Source: a virus. Taken from it: a stretch of 64,000 nt of DNA. The stretch is from positions 1 through 64,000 of the IMG/VR virus record IMGVR_UViG_3300042402_002055. One strand, 5' to 3'. The notes below the pieces were generated by a model. It worked only from the letters and a program-made list of their open reading frames with translations, was not told where the DNA came from and ran no database searches. The position numbers and the translations under genes are program-made. Below are positions 51,055-61,139 of the stretch, piece by piece. Within the stretch, counting starts at the first letter, position 1. The number at the start of each line of letters is the position of its first letter.

Positions 51055-52412
51055 TGCAAGAAGTAGATACACTAGTCAAATATGGCCAATCGTATCAATC
51101 TAAAGTTGTTGCTTCTCTTATAACAGATGTAAAGTTTTTAGAACAAGTAAGTGAAATTACTAAACCTTTATTCTTTGAGTCTCAAGCAAACCAATGGATT
51201 GTAAAAGAGGTTCAATCATACTTTGATGAATATAGAACAGTTCCGACAATGGAAGTGTTTAAGATTAAAGTTGGTGACATTGAAGATAAAGGATTGAAAC
51301 AAACGGTAGTTGAACAATTAAAGAATGTTTATTTACAAATTGGTGCAGAAGATATACCATATGTAAAAAAAGAATACCTTACATTTGCAAAAAATCAGAA
51401 AGTTAAAGAAGCTCTATTCAAATCGGTAGACCTATTAAAGAACGGACAATACGACCAGATTATAGATACGATGATGAAGGCATCCAAAGTGGGTGTTGAG
51501 TCGGATTTAGGTTTGGACTATATTGAAAACTTTGAGTCCATTTTAGAAGATGTTAAAAGAGATTCCACACCAACAGGATGGGATGTTATTGACGAACTAA
51601 TGGATGGTGGTTTAGGTCCCGGTGAATTAGGAGTTGTTATGGCACCATCTGGTATCGGTAAAAGTTGGTTCTTATCTAAGATTGCATGTTCTGCATTACA
51701 AAGAGGTATAGATGTATTACATTATACTTTGGAATTGTCAGAAAGTTATGTAGGTCAAAGATATACAACTATTCTTACCAACATTGCAACCGCAGACCAG
51801 AAAGATAGAAAGGATGAAATCATTCGTAAAATCAAACAAGTTCCGGGTAGAGTTCGTATTAAGTATTATCCACCACAATTTGCATCTGCAAAAACAATTG
51901 CAGCACACATTGAGAAAATAAAACAAACTGGATTCAATCCAAAACTAATTGTGATTGATTACGCCGATTTGTTAAAGAGTGGTAATGGTTCAAGAGATGG
52001 TTTATACGCTGAGTTGGGTGGTATCTACGAAGAACTTAGAGGGTTGAGTGGTGAACATAAGATTCCAGTATGGACTGCAACACAGACGAACAGAGCAGCA
52101 ATAGACCACGAAGTTATTCAAGCGGATAGTGTGGGTGATTCGTATAAGAAAGTCCAAACTGCAGACTTTATAATGTCAGTAAGTAGGAAAACAAAGGATA
52201 AGTTATCAAACACAGGTCGTATTCACATTGTAAAGAATAGATTTGGTCCTGACGGAATGACATTTCCTGCAAAGATTGATACATTTACAGGTACTATGGA
52301 TGTGTTTGCCGCCAATTCGGTTGACGGAATGTCATCTACAAAGGATAGTAAAAATGGTGAAGGATTAGAGAAAAAATTACTACATAAGAAGTATGTAGAG
52401 AATATGGGATAA
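51054..52412 (+). CDS. Replicative DnaB-like helicase (gp41-like)
   Basis: APSGIGKS, IVIDYADLL, WTATQTNR and KNRFG motifs. Confidence 0.95.
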   Translation: MQEVDTLVKYGQSYQSKVVASLITDVKFLEQVSEITKPLFFESQANQWIVKEVQSYFDEYRTVPTMEVFKIKVGDIEDKGLKQTVVEQLKNVYLQIGAEDIPYVKKEYLTFAKNQKVKEALFKSVDLLKNGQYDQIIDTMMKASKVGVESDLGLDYIENFESILEDVKRDSTPTGWDVIDELMDGGLGPGELGVVMAPSGIGKSWFLSKIACSALQRGIDVLHYTLELSESYVGQRYTTILTNIATADQKDRKDEIIRKIKQVPGRVRIKYYPPQFASAKTIAAHIEKIKQTGFNPKLIVIDYADLLKSGNGSRDGLYAELGGIYEELRGLSGEHKIPVWTATQTNRAAIDHEVIQADSVGDSYKKVQTADFIMSVSRKTKDKLSNTGRIHIVKNRFGPDGMTFPAKIDTFTGTMDVFAANSVDGMSSTKDSKNGEGLEKKLLHKKYVENMG

Positions 52413-52574
52413 GTATTAAAAAATTAAAAAAAGTGTGAATAAATATTTTCAAAAAAACCTAAAATTAACTAAAGAAAATGGAGTATAATGGCACTAGAGT
52501 CCATATATATCTTTACATTTCCCACTTTTTTAGGGAAAATATTTACTAACGAAAATTAAAAATTTACAAACAAA

Positions 52575-54431
52575 ATGGACATTTCAAACAAAATCTTATC
52601 TGAAATTACGGTTTATATGAAGTACGCAAAGTACAGACCAGAATTACAAAGGAGAGAAACATGGTATGAATTGGTTACAAGAAATATGGAAATGCATATT
52701 AAAAAGTATCCACAATTAGAACAAGAGATTAGAGACAATTATCAATTTGTATATGATAAAAAGGTATTACCATCAATGCGTTCAATGCAGTTCGCAGGTA
52801 AACCAATTGAAATGTCACCAAATAGAATTTACAATTGTGCATTTGCACCGATTGATGATTGGAGAGTATTTTCAGAAATTATGTTCTTACTTTTAGGTGG
52901 AACAGGTGTAGGTTATTCAGTTCAAAAACATCATGTAGATGCATTACCTGAAATTAGAAAACCAAATGCAGACAAAACTCGTAGATTCCTTATTGGAGAT
53001 TCTATCGAAGGATGGGCCGATTCAATTTCAGTATTAGTAAAATCATATTTCTTTGGTGGAAGTAAACCTCAATTTGATTTTAGAGATATTAGACAAAAGG
53101 GTGCAAGATTGATTACATCTGGTGGTAAAGCTCCAGGACCTCAACCACTTAAAGAATGTCTAATCAAATTAGAAGGTATTTTAGATGCTAAAAAGAATGG
53201 TGATAAATTATCTCCAATCGAAGTACATGATATGGTTTGTCATATTGCAGACGCAGTATTGGCAGGTGGTATTAGAAGAGCGGCATTAATTTCATTGTTC
53301 TCTGCAAATGACGAACAAATGATTAGTTGTAAGAGTGGTGCATGGTGGGAAACAAATCCACAAAGAGGTAGAGCAAATAACTCAGCAGTATTGATGAGAC
53401 ATAAGATTGATAAACCATACTTTATGGACTTATGGAAAAGAATTGAAGCAAGTGGAGCAGGTGAACCTGGTATCTACTTATCAAACGACAAAGATTGGGG
53501 AACTAATCCATGTTGTGAAATTGCATTGAGACCTTTTCAATTCTGTAATTTATGTGAAGTTAATGTAAGTGATGTGGTTGACCAGGATGATTTAAATGCA
53601 AGAGTTAAAGCAGCATCATTCATCGGAACATTACAAGCTGGTTATACTGATTTCCATTACCTTCGTCCAATCTGGCAAAGAACAACTGAAAAGGACGCAC
53701 TTATTGGTGTATCTATGACAGGTATCGGAAGTGGTGCAGTTTTGAAAATGAATATGAAAGAAGCAGCAAAAGTTGTTAAAGTTGAAAATGCAAGAGTAGC
53801 CGAAGTATTGGGTATCAATGCATCTGCAAGAACTACAACGGTTAAACCTGCAGGAACAACATCATTGACTTTAGGAACAAGTAGTGGCATCCACGCTTGG
53901 CATAACGATTACTATATTCGTAGAGTAAGAGTAGGTAAGAACGAAGCAATTTATTCTCACTTATTAGTAAACCATCCAGAATTAGTAGAAGATGAATATT
54001 TTAGACCACATGATACCGCAGTAATCGGTATTCCACAAAAGGCACCATCGGATGCAATCTTTAGAACTGAATCTCCAATTCAATTATTAGAGAGAGTTAA
54101 GAAAGTACATGGTGAGTGGATTAAACCAGGACATAGAACAGGAAACAACACGCATAATGTATCTGCAACGGTTTCAATTAGAGAGCATGAGTGGGATGCA
54201 GTTGGTGAGTGGATGTGGGAAAATAAAGAATATTACAACGGACTTTCAGTATTACCTTACGATGGTGGAACTTACATTCAAGCACCATTTGAAGATTGTA
54301 CAAAAGAAAAGTACGAAGAATTAATGAAAACACTTAATGAAGTAGACCTAAGTAAAGTTATTGAAATCGAAGATAATACAGATTTATCAGGTGAAGTAGC
54401 TTGTGCAGGAGGTGCGTGTGAAGTTAAATAA
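52575..54431 (+). CDS. nrdJ: Class II (B12-dependent) ribonucleotide reductase
   Basis: NCAF, TNPCCEI, TTVKPAGT, C-terminal CAGGAC; no adjacent beta subunit. Confidence 0.9.
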   Translation: MDISNKILSEITVYMKYAKYRPELQRRETWYELVTRNMEMHIKKYPQLEQEIRDNYQFVYDKKVLPSMRSMQFAGKPIEMSPNRIYNCAFAPIDDWRVFSEIMFLLLGGTGVGYSVQKHHVDALPEIRKPNADKTRRFLIGDSIEGWADSISVLVKSYFFGGSKPQFDFRDIRQKGARLITSGGKAPGPQPLKECLIKLEGILDAKKNGDKLSPIEVHDMVCHIADAVLAGGIRRAALISLFSANDEQMISCKSGAWWETNPQRGRANNSAVLMRHKIDKPYFMDLWKRIEASGAGEPGIYLSNDKDWGTNPCCEIALRPFQFCNLCEVNVSDVVDQDDLNARVKAASFIGTLQAGYTDFHYLRPIWQRTTEKDALIGVSMTGIGSGAVLKMNMKEAAKVVKVENARVAEVLGINASARTTTVKPAGTTSLTLGTSSGIHAWHNDYYIRRVRVGKNEAIYSHLLVNHPELVEDEYFRPHDTAVIGIPQKAPSDAIFRTESPIQLLERVKKVHGEWIKPGHRTGNNTHNVSATVSIREHEWDAVGEWMWENKEYYNGLSVLPYDGGTYIQAPFEDCTKEKYEELMKTLNEVDLSKVIEIEDNTDLSGEVACAGGACEVK

Positions 54432-54600
54432 AGATGATAAGGAATTATATTATTTGGAAAATGGTAAAGTGGTGTTCACTCCTGAGTATCACCTTCAACG
54501 AGGTGATTGCTGTGGGAGTGGGTGCCGCCATTGTCCATATATTCCAGTTGGTATAAAAGGAAATAAAAATACAAAACAAAAACAAAATGGTAACAGTTAA
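54418..54600 (+). CDS. Small Cys-rich protein (DUF5522-like)
   Basis: VFT..YHL.RG.CCGSGCRHCPY; start uncertain (GTG 54418 or 54403). Confidence 0.7.
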   Translation: MKLNKDDKELYYLENGKVVFTPEYHLQRGDCCGSGCRHCPYIPVGIKGNKNTKQKQNGNS

Positions 54601-54850
54601 AAAATTCTCAGCAGTATGGTGTGGCCCTTGTAGGGTGTTAGCACCGGTAATGAACGAAATCAAAGGAAATTTCTCAAATGTAAAGTTTGAAGAATATGAT
54701 ATTGACGAATATAGTGAAGTAACCGAACAATATGGAGTCCGTTCAGTTCCAACAGTAATTATCGAAAGAGATGGTGTTGAACTACAAAGGTTTACAGGAC
54801 TTTCATCTAAAATGGCATATACAAACGCAATCAATGAGGCAGTAAAGTAA
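54587..54850 (+). CDS. trxA: Thioredoxin
   Basis: WCGPC active site; VRSVPT. Confidence 0.95.
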   Translation: MVTVKKFSAVWCGPCRVLAPVMNEIKGNFSNVKFEEYDIDEYSEVTEQYGVRSVPTVIIERDGVELQRFTGLSSKMAYTNAINEAVK

Positions 54851-54851
54851 A

Positions 54852-54883
54852 TTTGGTATTGTGAGAAAAATTAGTTATATTAG
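54852..54883 (+). promoter_or_regulatory. Bacteroidota-type promoter for the HTH-Mom-Mom operon
   Basis: TTTG-N20-TATATTAG; implies the real start is ATG 54888. Confidence 0.6.
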
Positions 54884-54887
54884 ACAT

Positions 54888-55091
54888 ATGAAATTAGTAG
54901 GTGAATTACATCCAATGCATAAACTGACTGAAGAACAGGTATTGCAAATTAGGGAACTATATAAAATAGGTCATAGAAATATTAATGTAATAGCTAGGAA
55001 CTATGGAGTATCATCAGCTAATATAAAAAAAATAGTTACAAACGAAACATGGAAACACATGGTTAAGTGGCCATATGAAAGTACAAGATAA
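54888..55091 (+). CDS. Stand-alone HTH DNA-binding protein (resembles the C-terminal domain of HNH endonucleases)
   Basis: GELHPMHKLTEEQV..IR...IARNYGVS..NI..I...ETWKH. Confidence 0.7.
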   Translation: MKLVGELHPMHKLTEEQVLQIRELYKIGHRNINVIARNYGVSSANIKKIVTNETWKHMVKWPYESTR

Positions 55092-55842
55092 ACAATATTG
55101 TGATACTTCCAAGTTTAGTGTAAGGTTAATAGAAAAGTCGGTTGCAAAGAATATAATAGTAAAATATCATTATTCTAAACAATGGACAAAAGTTAGTTAC
55201 GCATTGGGATTGTTCTACGAAAACGACACCGAACATAAATTCTTTGGTGGAGTAAATCAGGAACTAATTGGAGTGATTTGTTATGGTGACCCGATTGGTA
55301 GACATTGTGGAGCATCTATAAGTGAAACATTGGATAGAACGGAAGTGATGGAATTAGTAAGACTTTTTGTATTTGACGGTTATGGTTGTAACATTGAAAG
55401 TTGGTTTGTCGGAAAGTCTTTTGAATGGTTAAAAGAAAACGCAAAACAAATAAGAGCACTGATATCATACTCCGACCCTGTGCAAGGACATAAAGGTCAA
55501 ATATATCAGGCAACAAATTGGTTATATCAAGGAACAAGTATTAGACCTAATGACACATGGTCTTTTCGTTTTGAAGAAGGTGGTAAATGGATACATGGTA
55601 GAACTATGGCACCTTATTGGGGAACAACCTCACCTTTCAAATTACAAGAACTTATTGATAAACCATTTTGGGTAAAGAGAGAACCAAAGAAACATAGGTA
55701 TATCTACATTTTGGGCAAGGATAAAAAAGATAAAAAGGAATTATCAAAAAACATAAAACATCCTTTATATCCATACCCAAAAACATTAGAGAAATATACC
55801 GAAGAAATATTAAAATTAGAACCAATTGAAAGAGTTAAATAA
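55075..55842 (+). CDS. Mom-family (GNAT-fold) DNA modification protein, copy 1
   Basis: HYS, LIGV.CYG.P, ELVRL, N.ESWFVG.S and LISYSD...H.G.IYQATNWLYQG motifs. Confidence 0.75.
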   Translation: MKVQDKQYCDTSKFSVRLIEKSVAKNIIVKYHYSKQWTKVSYALGLFYENDTEHKFFGGVNQELIGVICYGDPIGRHCGASISETLDRTEVMELVRLFVFDGYGCNIESWFVGKSFEWLKENAKQIRALISYSDPVQGHKGQIYQATNWLYQGTSIRPNDTWSFRFEEGGKWIHGRTMAPYWGTTSPFKLQELIDKPFWVKREPKKHRYIYILGKDKKDKKELSKNIKHPLYPYPKTLEKYTEEILKLEPIERVK

Positions 55843-56629
55843 GTTATATTGTGATACAAGTAGAGTATCGGTTAGAGAAATAAGCAGTTCAGTTGCAAAA
55901 GAAATTATAGTTAAGAAACACTATACACATGCATGGACTGCGTGTAGATATTCATTGGGTATCTTTTACAAAACTGATGAGTCAAATGCATTGGGTGATA
56001 ATGATAAACTAATTGGATGTTTAGTGTATGGATTCCCAGTAGGTGCAAGAGCTGCAAATTCAGTTTCAGATTCAATTACAAAAGATAACATTTTAGAATT
56101 GACACGATTGTATTGTGATGATGGATATGGTTCAAACATTGAGTCATATGCGTTAGGACAATCGTTTAAGTGGTTTAGAGAAAATGATAAAGCAATTAAA
56201 ATCTTAATCTCATACGCAGATAACGGACAAGAACATTTAGGAGGTATTTATCAGGCAACGAATTGGATTTATCAAGGAATGAATACCGATATTGCATTGA
56301 TGCCAAATTACGGAATATCACTTTCAAATGACCCTTACAAATGGATTCATAGCAGAACTGTGTTTTCAATGTGGGGTAGTGGTAATTTGGAACATCTTAG
56401 GAGAGAAATTGGTAAACAGGGATATAAAGAGTTTTGGAGAAGAGAAGAACCACCAAAACATAGATACATACAAGTATTGGGTGCAGACAAAAAAGAAAAA
56501 AGAGAATTACTTAAAACTCTAAAACACGACCCAAAGTCATATCCAAAAGATACACGTGAATTTAATAAGGATATAGAAATCCATACTACAATTGCACCTG
56601 AAACCGAACTTGCAAGTAAGTTTTGGTAA
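55826..56629 (+). CDS. Mom-family DNA modification protein, copy 2 (TTG start)
   Basis: KHYT, ELTRL and ILISYAD..QEHLGGIYQATNWIYQG motifs. Confidence 0.75.
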   Translation: MKELNKLYCDTSRVSVREISSSVAKEIIVKKHYTHAWTACRYSLGIFYKTDESNALGDNDKLIGCLVYGFPVGARAANSVSDSITKDNILELTRLYCDDGYGSNIESYALGQSFKWFRENDKAIKILISYADNGQEHLGGIYQATNWIYQGMNTDIALMPNYGISLSNDPYKWIHSRTVFSMWGSGNLEHLRREIGKQGYKEFWRREEPPKHRYIQVLGADKKEKRELLKTLKHDPKSYPKDTREFNKDIEIHTTIAPETELASKFW

Positions 56630-56653
56630 TTTGAATAATTTTTAGTATATTAC
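56622..56653 (+). promoter_or_regulatory. Bacteroidota-type promoter
   Basis: TTTG-N20-TATATTAC. Confidence 0.6.
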
Positions 56654-56657
56654 ATAT

Positions 56658-57833
56658 ATGAATAAATTTTGGGATACAGGCAATGAGCCTAAAAAATCAG
56701 ACGGATTTGATTTTGAAAAAAATAAAAGAGAGTTACTTGAAAATTTAGACTATCTAATGGGTATGTCAGTACAAGAACAAACCCTCTATAAGAAGTGGGT
56801 AGAATGGAATCAGGATTTACATGGTAGTATGAAATTACTTCCTGCATTACACCAACAATACGATAAGATTTGGGAACCCACAGACATATTGGATTATGAT
56901 AAAACTGTAAAGGAAATACAAGAACTAGAACCATTTGTTGAATTGGTAGAAGATGGTGAAGCAACTCGTTGGACACATATGAGAAAGTTAATTTCCTCAA
57001 TGGAATTCAGTGCAAATCCAGGTCGTAATGTTAAAGCATTTGTGAAAGACAGAAAATCAAATAAAATATTAGGTGTTATTTCATTGGGTTCGGATATTAC
57101 AAGTTTGGGTGTTAGAGATAATTTTATAGGTTGGAAAAAAGAAGATAAATTTCAAAATGGTAAATTAAATAACACCACAATCGGAACATCCATTATAGCA
57201 ACACAACCATTGGGTTATAATTTTTTAGGTGGTAAATTGGTCGCAGCATTAACTACATCTCCTGTTTTTAGAAAACAATGGAAAGAAAAATACAATAATA
57301 TTTTAATTGCAGTTGGAACTACTGCCTTATATGGTGCAAGTTCTCAATACAATGCAATTCCACATTTTAAAACATTAGGTGAAAGTAAAGGTTTAATTAA
57401 CATTAAACCAGATGATAAGTATTATGATATTTGGCATCAATATGTTAAAAATTTAGACCCAGTGTGGTATGATAAAGCGATAAACTCCACGGGCCCAAAA
57501 CAAAATGTTTTAATGAGAGTTTTTAAAGAAATCGATGTTAAGGCTTCTCTTTATAATCATGGTTTTAAGAGAGGTGTATATTTTGCACAAATGTATGAGA
57601 ATGGTAATGATTATCTATGTTCTAAAATTGATGAGGATAAATTGATAATGAAACCAAAGTTTGTACAAGGTGACGAATATACAATCAAATGGTGGAAAGA
57701 TAAGGCAATAAAAAGATATACAACATTACATAGTGAAGGAAGATTAAAATCGGAAAAGTTATTTTATGCTGACATCATTGGAATGACATGGGAAGAATGT
57801 AAAGAAAAATATTTAAAAGAAGTGGGAAGATAA
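56658..57833 (+). CDS. DUF4338 / Druantia DruA-like protein
   Basis: PGRN...VKD....KILGVISLGS....L.VRD.FIGW, QPLGYNFLGGKL.A and TT.LYG..SQYN motifs. Confidence 0.7.
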   Translation: MNKFWDTGNEPKKSDGFDFEKNKRELLENLDYLMGMSVQEQTLYKKWVEWNQDLHGSMKLLPALHQQYDKIWEPTDILDYDKTVKEIQELEPFVELVEDGEATRWTHMRKLISSMEFSANPGRNVKAFVKDRKSNKILGVISLGSDITSLGVRDNFIGWKKEDKFQNGKLNNTTIGTSIIATQPLGYNFLGGKLVAALTTSPVFRKQWKEKYNNILIAVGTTALYGASSQYNAIPHFKTLGESKGLINIKPDDKYYDIWHQYVKNLDPVWYDKAINSTGPKQNVLMRVFKEIDVKASLYNHGFKRGVYFAQMYENGNDYLCSKIDEDKLIMKPKFVQGDEYTIKWWKDKAIKRYTTLHSEGRLKSEKLFYADIIGMTWEECKEKYLKEVGR

Positions 57834-57834
57834 T

Positions 57835-60390
57835 ATGTATCAAAATATATTTTACGAAAGAGCAAAAAATCTCATGCACTTGTGGGATGACAAAAATGGA
57901 TATCAAACAATGCCATACCGAAAGTATGCGTATAAAAAAGACCCACAAGGACAGCATCTTTCAATGAATGGAGAAAGACTTACAAGAATTTCAAAATGGG
58001 AAAAAGAAGACAATGATGACTTATTTGAAAGTGATGTTCCAGAAACAACAAGAGTGTTAGTGGATATTTACGATAGTGATATTCCTTCGAATGGACATAG
58101 AGTATTGACTTTTGACATTGAGGTTGAAATGATATCAGGACTCCCAAACACAAAAGAAGCACAAAACGAACTGACAGCAATTGCAGCACATGATGGTGCA
58201 ACTAAATTGTATGATGTATTCGTATTAGACAAAGACAAAATAGTTAAAAATAATGCCAAAAACTTTAATAAAGATGGGAGAGAAGTTACTCTACACATTT
58301 TCGATAACGAGAAAAATCTCTTACTTGCTTTCCTTAATTATTACGAGGAAATTGACCCGACTATTCTTACGGGATGGAATATAGATTTCTTTGATATTCC
58401 GTATTTGTATAATCGTATAAAAAATGTATGTGGAGAAGGCCATGCAAAAAGACTTTCTAGAATAGGACAATGTTTCTATTCACCATATAGAGAGAAATGG
58501 TCTTTTGGTGGTGTATCAATTTTGGATTACATCAGTTTATACAAACAATACAACTTTGGACTAGAAAGTTCATACACATTGAACCACATCGCAACAAAAG
58601 AATTGGGTAGAGGCAAAGTTGAGTATGAAGGAAGCTTGGATGATTTATTTGTAAATGATTTAGAAAAGTTTATTGAGTATAATATTGTCGATGTGGACTT
58701 AGTGGTATCAATGGATGAGAAGTTAAAGTTTATTGATTTATGTCGAGCTATATGTCACGCCGGTTATGTTCCTTATGAAGATTATATGTTTTCGTCAAAA
58801 TGGTTAGAAGGAGCTTGTTTAGCATATCTTAAAACTAAAAATATGGTTGCAACAAACAAACCGGCCGATAGGAGAGAGAGAATGCAAGCATTGAAAGATA
58901 ATGACCAAGAAAAGTTTATTGGAGCATATGTAAAAGAACCCATCGTTGGTAAGTATGATTGGATTTATGATTTGGATTTGACATCACTATACCCATCAAT
59001 CATTATGACCCTAAATATCAGTCCTGAAACAAAGATTGGTAAGATTTCAAATTGGGATGCAGAACAATATATCAAAGGTGAGGAAATCACTTATAAGTTA
59101 AAGGGTAAGGATGGTGATGAATACGAATACAATCGTCAGGAATTAGCAGATGTTATTAAAGATAGTAATTTGGGTGTAGCAGCCAATGGAGTCCTTTATA
59201 TGCAAGATAAACCAGGTTTGATTGCGGATATCCTTAACACATGGTTTAACAAAAGGGTTGAATATCGTAAATTAGAAAAGAAATATGGTGAGGAAAAAAA
59301 TACCGAATTATATGAGTTCTATGGTAAGAGACAACACGTTCAAAAGATTCTATTGAACTCAATGTATGGTGTATTAGGATTACCTGCATTCCGTTTCTAT
59401 GATGTGGATAACGCAGAGGCAGTAACCCTAACAGGACAAGTAGTAATTAAAAAGACGGCTGAAATGGCAAATAGAAAATATTGGAAAGAATTAGAAACAA
59501 CTGACGACTATAATGTTTATATTGATACCGACTCAATTTATATGATGGCAGAACCTTTGGTAAAACATAGATACCCAGAATATAAGACATTTGATGAAAA
59601 GAGGATGGCAGTTGAAGTGGATAACATTGCAACCGAAACACAAACATTCTTAAACTCATTCTACGACTTATTGGCAGAGAGATTTTTCTTTATTCCAAAA
59701 GATAAACATAGATTTGAGATTAAAAAGGAATATATCAGTAAAGCAGGATTTTGGGTAGCAAAGAAACGATATGCACAATGGATGATTTTGAAAAACGGAA
59801 TACCTTGTGATAAGTTGGATGTTAAAGGTTTGGATGTAGTTAGAAGTTCATTTCCAAAAGCATTCCAAAAGTTTATGTCGACAATGTTGAAAGATATTCT
59901 AATGGGTAAAGACCATGAATATATAGATGATACTCTATTGACATTTAAGAAAAGTTTACCAACACTACCTGTAAATACAATAGCAAAAGGTGGAGCATTA
60001 AAAGAATTGAGTAAATATGATAATGGTAGTTGGAAACCTGGAAATGCAGTAGCAAATTTTGAGAAAGGAACACCTGCACACGTTAAAGCCGGAATAACAT
60101 ATAATAGATTATTAAAATTCTTTAATTGTCCATATAAGCATGAACCAATTAGAGATGGTGATAAAGTAAAATGGGTATATCTTAAAGACAACCCATTAGG
60201 ATTAGAAACAGTTGCATTCAAAGATTATAATGACCCAAAAGAAATTATGGATTTTGTGGAAACCTATGTGGATAGAAACAAAATATTTGAAGCAGAATTA
60301 GAAAACAAATTAGATGACTTTTATAACGCATTAAAGTGGGATAAAGTTACCGCAGATACAAAAACAGCAAAAAAGTTTTTCGCATTTTAA
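57835..60390 (+). CDS. Family B DNA polymerase (gp43-like)
   Basis: FDIE and GWN..FFD exonuclease motifs; DLTSLYPS, KILLNSMYG, YIDTDS, KKRY. Confidence 0.97.
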   Translation: MYQNIFYERAKNLMHLWDDKNGYQTMPYRKYAYKKDPQGQHLSMNGERLTRISKWEKEDNDDLFESDVPETTRVLVDIYDSDIPSNGHRVLTFDIEVEMISGLPNTKEAQNELTAIAAHDGATKLYDVFVLDKDKIVKNNAKNFNKDGREVTLHIFDNEKNLLLAFLNYYEEIDPTILTGWNIDFFDIPYLYNRIKNVCGEGHAKRLSRIGQCFYSPYREKWSFGGVSILDYISLYKQYNFGLESSYTLNHIATKELGRGKVEYEGSLDDLFVNDLEKFIEYNIVDVDLVVSMDEKLKFIDLCRAICHAGYVPYEDYMFSSKWLEGACLAYLKTKNMVATNKPADRRERMQALKDNDQEKFIGAYVKEPIVGKYDWIYDLDLTSLYPSIIMTLNISPETKIGKISNWDAEQYIKGEEITYKLKGKDGDEYEYNRQELADVIKDSNLGVAANGVLYMQDKPGLIADILNTWFNKRVEYRKLEKKYGEEKNTELYEFYGKRQHVQKILLNSMYGVLGLPAFRFYDVDNAEAVTLTGQVVIKKTAEMANRKYWKELETTDDYNVYIDTDSIYMMAEPLVKHRYPEYKTFDEKRMAVEVDNIATETQTFLNSFYDLLAERFFFIPKDKHRFEIKKEYISKAGFWVAKKRYAQWMILKNGIPCDKLDVKGLDVVRSSFPKAFQKFMSTMLKDILMGKDHEYIDDTLLTFKKSLPTLPVNTIAKGGALKELSKYDNGSWKPGNAVANFEKGTPAHVKAGITYNRLLKFFNCPYKHEPIRDGDKVKWVYLKDNPLGLETVAFKDYNDPKEIMDFVETYVDRNKIFEAELENKLDDFYNALKWDKVTADTKTAKKFFAF

Positions 60391-60392
60391 TT

Positions 60393-61139
60393 ATGAAAAG
60401 TTTAAATTTTTGGAAACCAGAAGGATTTGACATTGCCAGTTATAAGTGGCACCTAAAGGAAAGAGTAGATAAAGAAATATTAGGAAATGGTTCCGATGTA
60501 GGGAGTTGTTATTACACTTTCAATGAATTGGGATTTAGAGGAGACTCACCAAAAAAGAAAGGAACTAGAGTAATGTCCGTTGGTTGTTCACACACCGAAG
60601 GAATTGGTGTCCACAATCATCAAACTTGGTCACATTATTTGACTAGGAGCATGAAGTCCGCAGTTGATTTAAACTTAGGAATAAGTGGAAGGAGTAATGA
60701 TTATATTTCCAGAACAATAATATCATGGACAGATTATCTTAATCCTGATTTGGTTTTAGTGATGTACACATACCCACATAGAAGAGAATTTTATAGAGAA
60801 ACAGGTGAAGTTGAGCCATATCATCCAAATCCTTGGGGATACTTTGATGAGGATAAAGAAGGTAGAATGGTATGGGCAAATAAAATTGCCTCATCAAACG
60901 ATTCGGAAGATTTTATCAATTGGTATAAAAATCACCAACTAATAACTTATTTTTTGAAATCAAAAGAAATTCCTTTTATTTGGAATGGAACATTTGTTGG
61001 AACCGATTACACCGATGAAAATAGATTTGATGGTGATTACCCAAATTTACCAGACTCACATAGTCATGCATCCCCACAACAAAATGAGATATATTCCAAA
61101 AAACTTTTAAATCATATCAAACAAAATTTTGAAATTTAA
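60393..61139 (+). CDS. SGNH-hydrolase-like phage protein
   Basis: VGCSHTEG, NLGISGRSND and a C-terminal D..SHAS. Confidence 0.6.
   Translation: MKSLNFWKPEGFDIASYKWHLKERVDKEILGNGSDVGSCYYTFNELGFRGDSPKKKGTRVMSVGCSHTEGIGVHNHQTWSHYLTRSMKSAVDLNLGISGRSNDYISRTIISWTDYLNPDLVLVMYTYPHRREFYRETGEVEPYHPNPWGYFDEDKEGRMVWANKIASSNDSEDFINWYKNHQLITYFLKSKEIPFIWNGTFVGTDYTDENRFDGDYPNLPDSHSHASPQQNEIYSKKLLNHIKQNFEI

Noticed and set aside
52413-52574. Cobalamin riboswitch or NrdR box upstream of nrdJ
   Set aside because: Only a small TTTCCC/GGGAAA hairpin in AT-rich sequence; no recognisable B12 box. An Rfam scan would be decisive
56658-57833. Complete Druantia defence system
   Set aside because: Only a DruA-like gene is present; no DruE helicase or other dru genes in the window
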